NCBI GenBank assembly: GCA_025603075.1
Contig: MU626385.1
Span: 1 to 59,872 of the forward strand
Direction of reading: 5' to 3'
Length of the DNA: 59,872 nucleotides
DNA from: Neoconidiobolus thromboides FSU 785
Lineage: Eukaryota; Fungi; Entomophthoromycota
The translations under genes and the position numbers were made by a program. The notes under the pieces are model-generated. The model was not told the DNA's origin. It did no database searches and worked only from the letters and a program-made list of their open reading frames with translations. Each line of letters opens with the position of its first letter. The first letter of the stretch is position 1. This document shows, one piece after another, positions 36,850 to 48,615 of the stretch.

Positions 36850-36946
36850 GGTAATGTTTTTTTGATTTCATTATTTTTCCATTTTTTAAGCACTACTTGA
36901 GTGAAAAGTTTGTTGGTGAAATTCTTAAACAAAAAAATATATCCAC
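36850..36946 (-). mobile_element. MITE copy 19 (102 bp upstream of NOC2 ATG)
   Basis: Reverse family core; TSD ATTT/ATTT. Confidence 0.86.
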
Positions 36947-37048
36947 ATTTTTTATTTCAATTAGATAAATTTGTTTATTCTTTAGCGAATCATTTTACTT
37001 CTCTATTTTATAAATATCAAAATATTGAATTAAACTATTGTTTTTAAG

Positions 37049-39874
37049 ATGGGTAAAGCTAAGAAATCTACTAAAAAGTTCAATAAGTCCAATCTCCAGA
37101 CTGAGCTCAAAAATAGAAGAAAATTTAAGCAGATAAAAGCTAAAACAGGGAAAAACAAGTCTAGTTCATCTACTGCTGAAAAAACTGTGAAAAGTAACTA
37201 ATTAAAACTTACTAAAACTTTGATTAATGTTAAACTAAACTAGGTAAAGATAAGGAAAGTTTAGGTTATTTAAAGGTTTCCGGAAAAGACTCGTAATATT
37301 TTAGAATATCAAATTGATAATTACTAACTAAAATAAATAGCACTACTACTACAGGTGATATTTTTGAACAATTAGAGGAAGCCGAAGTAATATACATACT
37401 GTTTGCAATATAATTTAATTAATGTTATAGGATTTCGATATATCTGACTCAGAAGGGAATGAAGGTAACTTTATATCATAAATTAAATTTTGATTCTCAT
37501 TTCAAAAATAGATTCTGAAGAAGATATACCTGATCAAAACCTTGAAGATATAGAAGGGGAAGATATGGAAGAAGATGCAGAGCAGGAACATATAGAGGAA
37601 GACATAACAGATGATATAGAAGAAGATATAGAAGAAGGTGATATAGAAGAAGAAGAAGAAGAATACATTAAAGAGATGGAAAAACTTAAGGAAAAAGACC
37701 CCGAGTTCTATAAATATATCGAAGAAAACGATAAAGCTGTTTTAGATTTTGGGGAAGGGGGTGATAAAGATGAAGTAGAAAACGCTGAAGCAGATGAAAT
37801 GAATGTAAGAGTAAACTATTATTATTAAACAATATATCTAACTTTTTAAAGGGAACCTTTGATATTGGTTCAACTGTTTTAACAGTAAAACAAATCACTT
37901 CTTGGGAACAACACCTTATTAAAGTAATCTTTTTTATTTCAGATATCTATGGGAATTAACTGTTTTAGTCAAAATCCCTAAATACTGCTAAGGAGCTTAT
38001 ATTAGCTTTTAGGGATGGTACTCATATCAATGACAAAAATGAGGAGGCCGGCCTTATAGCTAAGTATAGCTTCAATAGCGATAAAGGTATTTTGTTTAAG
38101 TTTATCATATTTTAACTAAATATCGTAGTATTTAATAAAGTTATGGTTGCAGCTATGAGGTCACTTCCAGGTTTTTTTAATCATCATTTAAAAACTGGGA
38201 ATAATCCGTAAGTTTATTTAACTGATATTTACAAGGATCCAAACTAAACCTGTGTTAGTAAAACGCTCCCATCTCAATCAAAAAGTTGGAAAAAAATGCA
38301 AGCACTCGTTAAGACTTATTTAGAATCCATTGTCCATATGTTGTCTCAAATAACTGAGCCAGACATGATTAAGTTCATACTTGATCGTACTCAGGATTTA
38401 ATAAAATATATTGCCTGCTTCCCAAAGATATTGAAGAGTTTCTTAAAATTATGGCTCGAGTTCTTTGGATCATCTAATGAAAGTAGTGTCTATCTTTCAG
38501 CCTTTTCTTTAATTAGAAAAATTTCAATTGTATCCCCATTTGCACTTGATTTAAGTCTTAAAGTAAGTTTCTGTATAAGGTTTTTTTAAAATAGTTAATT
38601 TTGTCAGGGGGTATATTCTACTTACATTCGTGCTACAAAATCCATTAATAATTACAACTTTTTACGTCTGAATGTCTTAAAAAGTCTCAGTGTAGAATTA
38701 TTTGGTCATGATTTTGATAAAAGTTATCAATTAGCTTTTACTTCAATTCGTCAATTAGCTGTACATCTCCGTAACTCCATTAATAACAAGACTAAAGTAA
38801 TTATTTTGTATAGCTACCTATAAAATTAACTAACGATTTTAGGAATCTTACACATTGATTTATAATTGGCAATTCATTTCCTCAATATCTTTTTGGTCCA
38901 AAGTTTTATCTACTTACTGTAATAAAGATATAGAAGCCGAGCATGGTGAATCTCCGTTACGTCCATTAATTTATCCCTTAGCACAAGTTACTTTAGGTGT
39001 CATAAGGTAGTTATTGTCTATTATTTGGACTATTTTTTGACTTTTTGTAGATTAATACCTTCTCCAAAATATTTTCCATTACGTCTTAATTGTATCAAAG
39101 CCCTTCTAGCACTTACACATAAAACCACCGTATATATTCCTATCTCGCCTTACCTTATAGAAGTAAGATTTTTTTAATTAAAAATTGCAGTTTAATATAA
39201 TGTTTAGATGCTTGAATCTTCCGAATTCCAACGTCGTGCAAGTAATTCTACTCTTAAACCATTTAATCTCAATTTGGTTTTGAAAGCACCAAAGGAACAT
39301 TTAGGAACGAAAACCTATCAAGTAATTTTAAATGAAAATAATAATAATGATGTTAATAATAGTAGGATATGTTATCTGATGAAATACATGAATGTCTATT
39401 AGCCCATTTAGCCTCATTCTCCAATTCTATTGCTTTCCCAGAAATCACTCTTCCTTTAATACATTATGTAAGCTAGTAACATATTAATCAAAAAACAACT
39501 AATAGTTGGAATAGCTTAAAAGATTTAAAAAGGCCTCAAAAAATATGAAAATAAATAAACTTTTAGAGAATATTTTATTGAAGGTAAATTAGAATAGATT
39601 TTAAGGAATAGATCATAACTTTTTTAAAGATTGATGCCACCACAATAACAATTCAAAAACATCGTTCTCAGCTTGATTTCGCACCCTCTGATGTTGAGAA
39701 AATGGTAAACTTAATTCAAAACTTTATTATTATTTTGTAATTTCGTTATTTTAGAAAGCATTTGTTGACTCTGTATCTTCAGATGACACTCCTATTGGAC
39801 AGTACTATACTAAATACCTTGAGATGAAAGCTAAGAAAGAGGCCTTACTCAATGATGCTGAGGAATCAGATTAA
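37049..39874 (+). CDS. NOC2: Nucleolar complex protein 2 (60S biogenesis), many short exons
   Basis: [11 protein letters not shown], acidic tract, [81 protein letters not shown]. Confidence 0.93.
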
Positions 39875-40222
39875 ATTTTTAACAAGAGTTATCTGAATCC
39901 AAAACCTTAACTATAATCATTAGATAGCAGTTACTACGTTTACTTTTAAAATATTAATTGTTTGAGATAGAATATAGCTTTATAAAATAAAATGATAGAC
40001 TTTATTATCATTGCCTCTTTTGAATTAGAGCAGTTTGACATACATTTTAAATTATTTTTGGATATTATACAGAAAGTAAAATTTTGACTTTATTTAAATA
40101 GAATAAAATATCAACTTAATTTTGAATTTGATTTGCTTCAATACTTTAAATTATTTTTCGAAAATTTATAAAACTGTTTTCTAAAAGTAAAGGTGAACTA
40201 TAAATTGAATTAGTAGTAGAGG

Positions 40223-41567
40223 ATGTATAAAGACTATAAGGTACAAAAGCCAATTTTGATATTACTATTACTAAGGCGTCTATAGTTAATACTTCCATCA
40301 AGGGATTATGTAAGCCCAAATTTAATAAATAAATTATATGAAGAGAACAGGGAAAAGATTGAGGTAAAAAATATAAGAATTTATGTAGGAAAATTAAAAT
40401 TAGACTTAACCTAAGTCCAAGAAAAGCAATAAGAGTAAAAAAAGAGCAAACAAGAGTAACATTTTAAAAGAGTCTAACTGGCTTAAGTTTAGAAAGGTAT
40501 TTACTTTACAAGATTTAAAATGATAGAGATTAAAACTATTAAAGCAACTACTTTCCAAGCTGATAAAAAATAAGCAAAAAAAAAAAGGGGAAGATAGTAC
40601 TGTAGAGTAATTTAATTTCAGATCAATAAATAATATTTTTATTCTTTTTTAGGATTACTGAATTGTAAGAATAGGCTAATTGTTATTTATAACTAACTAT
40701 ATTTCATAGAGAAGTCAAAAAAGAAAACGTATTACAAGAGTTAAAAGACAGATTTAAAAAAGTTCAGTCATATAATCAAGATGAAACGTAAACTCTATCT
40801 TTTTAAAGAAAATAAGTTTTAATTTTGTATAGTATATCTAATTTTGTAGCATTGAGTACAGCTTTTATATACATTGAAAATAAAATGGAACGTTTAGCCA
40901 AGGTTACTATTGTTGATTCAAATGGTAGGCTTGTATATAATGCTTTCGTTAAATCTTCAAAACAAGTAGTCAACTATAACAGAAAAGTATATGGATTTAC
41001 AAGTGAAGACTTCAATAAAGGTATAAAATTAAGCTTCGTAGTTAGATAATTAAAACTAAATAAGTTGAAAGGTAAACCATTTCTAAAGGTCCAAGAAGAA
41101 GTAAAAGATATAATAGAAGGAAGGGTATTAATTGGAGCAAATTTAAATAAAAGTTTATCATTACTGAACATTACACATCCCAAAATAAACTCATGTGATA
41201 TTGTAAAATTTCGACCTTTGCTTAAAGTAAACTGTGGGAGACCATTAACACTCAAAAAAATTTCAAAGCATCTTTTAGGGTTATGGATCCAAGATAAGCC
41301 TATCGATATAGTAAGTTGTATAGTTTAATTCCAACGCAAATTTTAATTATTTTTAAGGTAGAAGACTCATACGCGTGTATGGCAATTTATAGTATAATTA
41401 AAAGGTCTATAAAAAATCCTAATCCAGTCGAAATTAAAGCTGGGGATGATATAGAGTTACTTCCAACTAAAAATAAACCAAAGGAAATAAAAAAGAATAA
41501 AAGGAAAGGAACACAACCAAGCTCTAAGTTTGACAAGCCTCCAAAAAAAGAAAAGACAGAGAAATAA
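40223..41567 (+). CDS. REX4-like DEDDh exonuclease-fold protein, apparently catalytically inactive; 5' micro-exons uncertain
   Basis: VALSTAF..LAKVTIVDSNGRLVYNAFVK..GKPFLKVQEEVKDIIEGRVLIG..HPK..TLKKISKHLLGLWIQ..VEDSYACMAIY follows the REX4 fold; Lys-rich tail. Confidence 0.75.
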
Positions 41568-41848
41568 TTAATATAGAAGGATATAGAATTAGAAGTTATA
41601 ATATATTTATGCTTTATTTAAGCTCTACTTTTCTAAGTGTTTTTTAAAGCTGTAAATAAAAGTTTAAAAATATTAACAACTGTCAATAATCAAGTTTTTT
41701 AAATGAATCTTTATTTTTGAATCAAAAGAAAAAAACTAAAGTTGAACTATCCTTGATGCTAATGATTTTAAAATACCATGATTTTAACCCCTTTTCATTT
41801 TATTTATACTACAGTTCATAACATAAGTGAAAATAAATTAAATCATAT

Positions 41849-41946
41849 GGGGGTGTTTTCTTGGTTTCGTTACTTTTTTCATTTTTTAAGCCCTATTTAA
41901 GCAGAAAAATTGTTAGTAAAATCCTTAAACACAAAAATACATCCCC
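41849..41946 (-). mobile_element. MITE copy 20
   Basis: GGGGGTGTTTTCTTGG...AAAAATACATCCCC; TSD ATAT/ATAT. Confidence 0.9.
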
Positions 41947-42009
41947 ATATTCTTTACTAAAAGTTGGATATTTGAAAATCCAAAGCCCAAACTTATAATG
42001 AATTTATAT

Positions 42010-42112
42010 GAGGATGTTTTTTTGATTTCATTCATTGCTTTTTTCATTTTTCAAGCACTACTAGAATGGAAAAGTTATCAATGAAATCATTAAACGAAAA
42101 AAATACATTCCT
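42010..42112 (-). mobile_element. MITE copy 21
   Basis: GAGGATGTTTTTTTG...AAAAAATACATTCCT; small internal insertion; flanks ATAT/ACAT. Confidence 0.82.
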
Positions 42113-42296
42113 ACATCTTCAGCTTGTTAATTTGCTAATTTTATAAAATAATCCAGTATTACTACAAAATTCCATTCGAAAATAGCCAACCATTTTTAAT
42201 TTTAAGCTTTTAGTTAAAATTTATGACAAGTATTCATAAATAAATTTAATTTGATAAAACTAATAAACTTTTTTTAAGTAAGCTAACTTTATAAAA

Positions 42297-43052
42297 ATGC
42301 CATGCTCATCTGGATGCGAAGATCATAATCACGAACAAGATATTGAGCCTTTTAAAAAAGAAAGTTTATTAGGAAATATAGACATAGATAATATCAGATG
42401 TCTTAATGAAGCAGAAGAAGATTCAGCTAAACAAGTTTTTAAACCATATGAAGATTGTTTAAGTGAAGAAAAAGTAAACAGTAATTATACACTGCTTTCA
42501 TCAAATTTATATTTTGTAGTTTCTAAGATCAGATTGTGATGAACAATTATTAATATTTGTTCCGTAAGTCAATAATGATCCTTGGTATATTTATTAACAT
42601 CAAGCCTAGATTTACTGGACAAGTAAAATTGAAAAGTATTTCATTGAAAGTAGGGCGGGGCGGAAGTGCGCCAGATAAAATGAAAGTATATATAAACCAT
42701 GAAAGTATCGATTTTGATACAGTTGAAGATTTGGAAGAAGTACAAAGTTGGGATTTAGTTTCAGAACATGATGGTGTAATTGAATATAATACTCGTATCT
42801 CTAAGTTTAATAGGGTCCGTAATTTAACTCTGTTTTTTCCTAGTAATTTTGGAAATGATAGTACTATTATTTACTATATTGGATTAAGAGGGGAGTTTAT
42901 GGAGGTAAAAAAATACTTAATGATGGTTTTGATTAAATTAATGTCTTTAGATGAAACAAGCACCTATAGTTACTGTTTATGAAGTACAGCCTAATGTTAA
43001 AGATCACAAGATTCCAGGAATTGGAAATACAAATAACCATCAAATAGGATAA
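42297..43052 (+). CDS. PITHD1: PITH domain-containing protein, 4 exons
   Basis: SLLGNIDIDNIRCLNE, SDCDEQLLIFVPFTGQVKLKSI, APDKMKVYIN, DFD, SKFNRVRNLTLFF, TIIYYIGLRGEF, TVYEVQPNVKDHK. Confidence 0.92.
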
Positions 43053-43086
43053 ACTATAAATATAATAAACAAGTATCAAATTTTTA

Positions 43087-44754
43087 TTATTCTACTTTTG
43101 TTTTCTTCTTAATAAAGAATAAATTTAATAAATTTGAGATCGTTTTATAAAGAAGATAGGAGAATAGTGAAAATGAGAGTAGAATAGGTAAATAAATATC
43201 TAAAAGGTAACGCTGATAAAGGGATAAATTTTGTTGAGGTAATTGAAAGTGAGAGTCAATACAATTATTATTATTAATCCATTTAAATAAGCTATTGTTA
43301 CTTTGGCATATTATTTTTAAGTTTAATAATTGTTGTATATAATTTATCGCAGTATCTATACCATTTTCATTTTGTTTTGATAACAAGTTTGCTCTTTTTA
43401 ATGATAAATTGAAAGTATTATCCTTATCATTTATAATGGCCATTATGTTACTTGAATATTCGTTTAGTTCTGAGTTAAATGGATCCATATATATTCCAAT
43501 ACCCATTTCAACTGCTTTACGTGCATTCCTCGGTTGATCAACAGATAATGGTAATAATAACATAGGTTTACTATAATGAATAGACTCAAATAAAGACATT
43601 AAACCACCATGCGAAACAAATAGCTTAATCTGCTGTTGACTTAGTATTTCTTTTTGATTCAAATATTCAACTAATAAAAAGGCAGGGTGGTTTAATAAGT
43701 CAATAGTATCTTCTATTAAATCAGAATGAATATTTAATAAACTTAAATTATTTAATAAATATTTGTTTGCTATTATAACTCCATCTATTTCTCCCTTTTC
43801 TACTAAATTTAATAAACCTTTTAATAGTTTTTTGAACTCACTATTAGGAGGATAAAATATGGTACCAAAGCTAACATAAACAATCCTTTTTCTTAATTTT
43901 AAAAACTTTACTATTTTTTTATCCAAAGGTTGAACTTGCGTTGAAGTTCTTATAATTGGTCCTATCATTTTAACACTTTGATCTAAAGGTCTATTCACTT
44001 CTAAACCATGGAATGTATTAAACAATTTTAAGTGATTGAATGGGCCAAAAGGCACTCTTTTCTTATTAATGTTATTTCTCTGTCTAATCTTATCTAGCTT
44101 GATTATGTACTTACTTAAATAAACTAACTTTGATATCTTATTAATAAAAGTATAATAAATTCTTTCATAATAGCCTAACTCATATAACTGAGTAGGCGTA
44201 TAATGAAATTGGGAAGGTGAAATATAAGGGGAATTTAAAAATGGGAAAGATAAGTCAACTGTTTGAAAACCGTGTATAATTGGTAAGTTCAAACTTTCTG
44301 CTGCATCCAAGCATGCAGTAGACATAAAATCACATATTACAAGATCTGGTTTATGTTCTTTGAATAGTTTGAAATACGATTTTAAACTTAATTCATAGTT
44401 TGGTAGCAATAGATTGCCTAATATGTTTGAGTACATTTCAATCTCATTAGTTTTTGGCTCTTTTCTAGTTACTGCTTCACCCCAAATTTCAGACTCTCTT
44501 TTTAATACCCTATTCATATCCCTCTCAAGAACTAAATTAGTTACGTTATATCCCTTACTAAATTTTTGGTTATAGTCATGGCTAATATAATAAATGGTAT
44601 GATCATATTTTTGTTGTAAATCTTTACATATTTCAAAGAGATAATTGACGTGACTTGGAGTCCCGATCTCTAACCCAATCATTATTTTTTTGTTTGTCTC
44701 CTCTCCAAGAATATAACATAATAAACACAATATTAAAGTTTTTACTATTATCAT
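43087..44754 (-). CDS. UDP-glycosyltransferase family GT1, signal peptide plus C-terminal TM and Lys-rich tail, intronless
   Basis: GTPSHV catalytic-His motif, PDLVICDF, VYVSFGT, YLNQKEIL..IKLFVSHGGLMSLFESI..KPMLLLPLSVDQPRNA sugar-donor box, TM YLLDIYLPILLSFSLFSYLLY, ending KKKTKVE. Confidence 0.92.
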   Translation of the reverse strand: MIIVKTLILCLLCYILGEETNKKIMIGLEIGTPSHVNYLFEICKDLQQKYDHTIYYISHDYNQKFSKGYNVTNLVLERDMNRVLKRESEIWGEAVTRKEPKTNEIEMYSNILGNLLLPNYELSLKSYFKLFKEHKPDLVICDFMSTACLDAAESLNLPIIHGFQTVDLSFPFLNSPYISPSQFHYTPTQLYELGYYERIYYTFINKISKLVYLSKYIIKLDKIRQRNNINKKRVPFGPFNHLKLFNTFHGLEVNRPLDQSVKMIGPIIRTSTQVQPLDKKIVKFLKLRKRIVYVSFGTIFYPPNSEFKKLLKGLLNLVEKGEIDGVIIANKYLLNNLSLLNIHSDLIEDTIDLLNHPAFLLVEYLNQKEILSQQQIKLFVSHGGLMSLFESIHYSKPMLLLPLSVDQPRNARKAVEMGIGIYMDPFNSELNEYSSNIMAIINDKDNTFNLSLKRANLLSKQNENGIDTAINYIQQLLNLKIICQSNNSLFKWINNNNCIDSHFQLPQQNLSLYQRYLLDIYLPILLSFSLFSYLLYKTISNLLNLFFIKKKTKVE

Positions 44755-45648
44755 TATTAATTTTGAATTTTTTGTTTAAGTGTCTTTTATTTTTATCATT
44801 TATTACATTTTTATATTCTTATTTGAATATTATCATTAATACTTTAGCTTATCTTAGTTTGATAATCTTAATTCTATTTTCTTGATCTTCACTTTAACTT
44901 ATTTTTTGCTTATTTTTTTTGATAATTTATTGATATTACTGTTATTGAGGATAAAATTAAAGCATCAAAATTTTAAAGGTTTCAATTTTTGCTATATTGT
45001 AAGCTGAAATTTATTTAAAAAACAGTAATTTATTAAATGTGTAAGAAAATATGTTATTTGTTAATGATTTAAAAAAAATTGATAGATGTGTTCTATTCGT
45101 TTGTTGTTATTAACTACTATGAGCATTTTATAAGGTTATTTATAGTATTTAATACTACATTTGTTTAATTAAAAAATACCCAAATAGTTATGTAAGTGAT
45201 GAATTTATAATTAACTGCTTTTCAATGTTTGCTATCAAATTTAATCTCATTTTGTACTTCATTTAGTATAGTTAGAAATTAAACTCAATGATTGAACCTA
45301 AACAAAGGTAAACTGTATATGAAATATTCCATAGCTTACAGGAATATCTATATCTAGTATCCATGATTGATCCTATTTAGCCAATCGTTAGAGAAATAAA
45401 GTTATCGACTAAATCAAACTTAAAATAAACTGAAATTAAACGTTAAAAGTAAAAAAGTAGCGGGTCATAAAAGAGAAAAAGACAATTAATAAGAATAATA
45501 ATATATAGATCAGCCAAAATTACTATTTCAAGGGGCATATTAATAATGAATAAACATTATTTATGTAAATAAATATAAACAATAATTTTACTTTTTTATT
45601 TTTATTACTTTATAAGATCTTCACTTTATTTTTAATTAATTTAATTTA

Positions 45649-47311
45649 ATGGAGTTCATTCAAACGGGTATAGTGGACTCACCAAGGAGAGTAAAAGAGT
45701 CAATTTCAAACCCAGACTTCGACTTTATAATGGAGGATAACAGACTAAAATCACCATTAGGAAACATATTACAATCCAATATAAACGCATTTCAACATAA
45801 GAAAAACTTACAGTTTCAGATAAATAAAGATCAAGTAGGAATTAAGATTATAACTAATAATTTACTAACTTACTAACTAAAATCCAGGTCAAAACAAAAC
45901 CAATTGTAAAAGAGAAGGATGATATTCAATTAAAATGGATGTTAGCTTTGGAGAAAATAAATAGATTAGAGAAAGAGTTGACTTTGACAAAAGAAGAAAA
46001 TGAGTTACTTCAACAAAAATTGAGTCAAAACGAACAAAATTATTATCACGGCTATTGGTTTATTTACAAACAATATATGGATCTACAAGAAAGATATTTC
46101 AAAAGGAGGATAGTAGACTCATCACAATTAAAAGAAGCTAATGTACAAACTGACCCTTTACCTCCAATTCCAGATGACATATTGAACAGAAAATTTCAAC
46201 CATCTAGGTTGCCTCCAAGAATCCAAGACGAAATTAAAAAAGACTTAAATATACTAAAGGGGTTCCAATCTCAACCAAATTTTAAACATTCTCATCAACC
46301 TTCTACTCTATCTGATGCGTCTACAAAGCTCCATGATATTTTATCCCCTTCAAAGATTAGTATTTATAAGGTAAACCAAATTAAATTTCAAAAATAAATT
46401 TTAACATAAAATATAGACTGGGAACCATGGCTATAGTCAATCAGGTATATAACAATAACAATAATAATACTATGAGTTAATTTTTACAATAGTTGAAACA
46501 TTAAACCAAGATAATATAAGTTATGAAAAAGATAAAAATAATGGAGAGATAAGGACTAGTAAATGGATGGTAAATACATATTTTAACATTGCTACTAAAT
46601 TAATAATTATCGTTTAGAGTACTTATAAAAAATTTCAAAAGGTGAGATCAATATTTAATAAAACCTAACAAAATTGTTTGATTTATTTAAAGGTGAGTAG
46701 TGCGGGCTTATTTTAAATAAATCTTTTTTTGATATTTTATTTTAGATTATTTATTAAGGAGTCTTGATTTTAATCCCTTGTTTTAGGTAAAACCTTACCA
46801 TCGAGCTTCCCCTTCAAATGAGAATATAAGGTTTTCTACTTTCATGGCATGGGATAATTTGAAATTAGACTTGACCAAAAACGATAAAGAAGCTTCTTTG
46901 GATAATGGTGATATTAGTGTTTTTGATAACAGCGAAATGAGTTGTACATTGATAGAGAGTAAAGAAGATCAACAGTTTCTTAATAATAAGAGAAAAGTAC
47001 ATAACTTAACTGACTTTATAGTTCAAGAGGCTGAAATAAATCTAGATGATTATAGTAATAAAATTGTGGATACTAAGGGCAATACCATAACTGAAAGCAT
47101 AGTGCCAAAAAATAGTGATCAAGAAGATAGTGTATCAAATGGTGAGGATAAGGATACTACACTCGGAAGCATTGATAATGAAGACTCCATATCTATAAAT
47201 AGTAGTGAGGAGCTTAATTTTGATGACTTGGGACCTCATTTAAAAGAAGAGGTGACTGAAATAAATTTTGAGTTAGATATGGAAAAGAGAAAAAGTAAAT
47301 TAAATTTTTAA
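45649..47311 (+). CDS. Hypothetical coiled-coil protein with acidic low-complexity tail, multi-exon
   Basis: Track ORFs 45649, 45939 and 46844 are linkable by GT..AG introns; LEKINRLEKELTLTKEENELLQQKL heptads; no family recognised and 3' end uncertain. Confidence 0.55.
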
Positions 47312-47416
47312 TAATCTCAGGGAGATAATTAAACAAATAAAACATGTAAATTATTATTAAATTTAATTCCATTTCAAATTTTAAGTTGAATAATTTTTTG
47401 ACTTTTTTGTTAAATA

Positions 47417-48055
47417 ATGATAGTAGGCATTGGGGTTGATGTTTTGAAAATAACACGTATAAAAGCAGTTATTAGTAATGAGAAAAAGCTAATTAGATTT
47501 ACTAATAGAATATTAAGTTTGAATGAGAGAAGGGAATTTTATAATTTGCTTAAAAAAGAAGTTAAACTAACCAATTTATCAGAAACTATACAATTAACAA
47601 ACAAAGAGTTTATAGATAAATATAGAATTGGTAAAAGCTAGATATTTTAATTTATTTATTTAAACTTATATTCGGTCTTTAGTTTACAATAAAATGGATC
47701 ACTCTTCTTCCATATTAAAGTATCTTGCTTCAAGGTAATTAAGTTCAAATATCAAAAGCCTTTCAATTAATAAAGAAGTGTTCAGATGGGCGTTAAAGGA
47801 AGCTATTTATAAAGCAGGGTATCCTAGGATAAAATTTACTTGGAAGGAAGTTGAGATTTATCATCAAAATAGTAAGCTATAAAATTATATTATTTATATT
47901 ATAATTTATATTAAGGTAAACCATGTATACGAATACTATCAAATGAAGCAGAAGCTTCAAAACAAAATGATGATTCTAAAATTTTAATATCACATTGTAG
48001 CTTATCCCACGATGAAGATATCCTCTTTGCACAGGTTTTATTAGAATCCAACTAA
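47417..48055 (+). CDS. PPT2: Holo-ACP synthase / AcpS-type 4'-phosphopantetheinyl transferase (likely mitochondrial), 4 exons
   Basis: MIVGIGVDVL..RI, RFTNRILS..E, YLASRWALKEAIYKA, KPCI, HCSLSHDEDILFAQV. Confidence 0.88.
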
Positions 48056-48615
48056 ATTGTATTAAATCGTAGATCATATATAAAAAGGCTGAGCTCGTGC
48101 AATAAAGAAGGTTTAAATTTATCTCTAAGCTATATTTACATAGAATTTATTTTACAATATAACCAAAGCAACTGAATTGAGTTATATAGCAGTGTATTAA
48201 TAGATTTTTACCAGAAGAAAGCCTTCTTTCCTTTTAACGTTTTGTTTGTTTTTAAGTTCAAAAGTTTAAAAACTTTCATTGAAATGTTGAAAAAGATAAA
48301 GCACTTTTGTTTTTTTGGTTTATTTATGTATATTTTGAATTATATTAAGAGTAACAGTTAATAAAAATAATTATGTATAGTATTACTGAGCTAGAGTTTC
48401 AATACCTAAAATAGCTCTTATAATTCATTATGTGATCATGCTTTGACGATTTTTAAATGATAACATTTAATAAGTTAAAATCAGTTTCTTAAAGCTATTT
48501 ATCCAAAAGAGTAACAAACAAATATTGAACTATATTAACACCTTTAATAAGAGTATAATTGATAAAGCAATAAATATAGAAATATAAAAGTAAAATTGAC
48601 AATAATTTATTTTTC

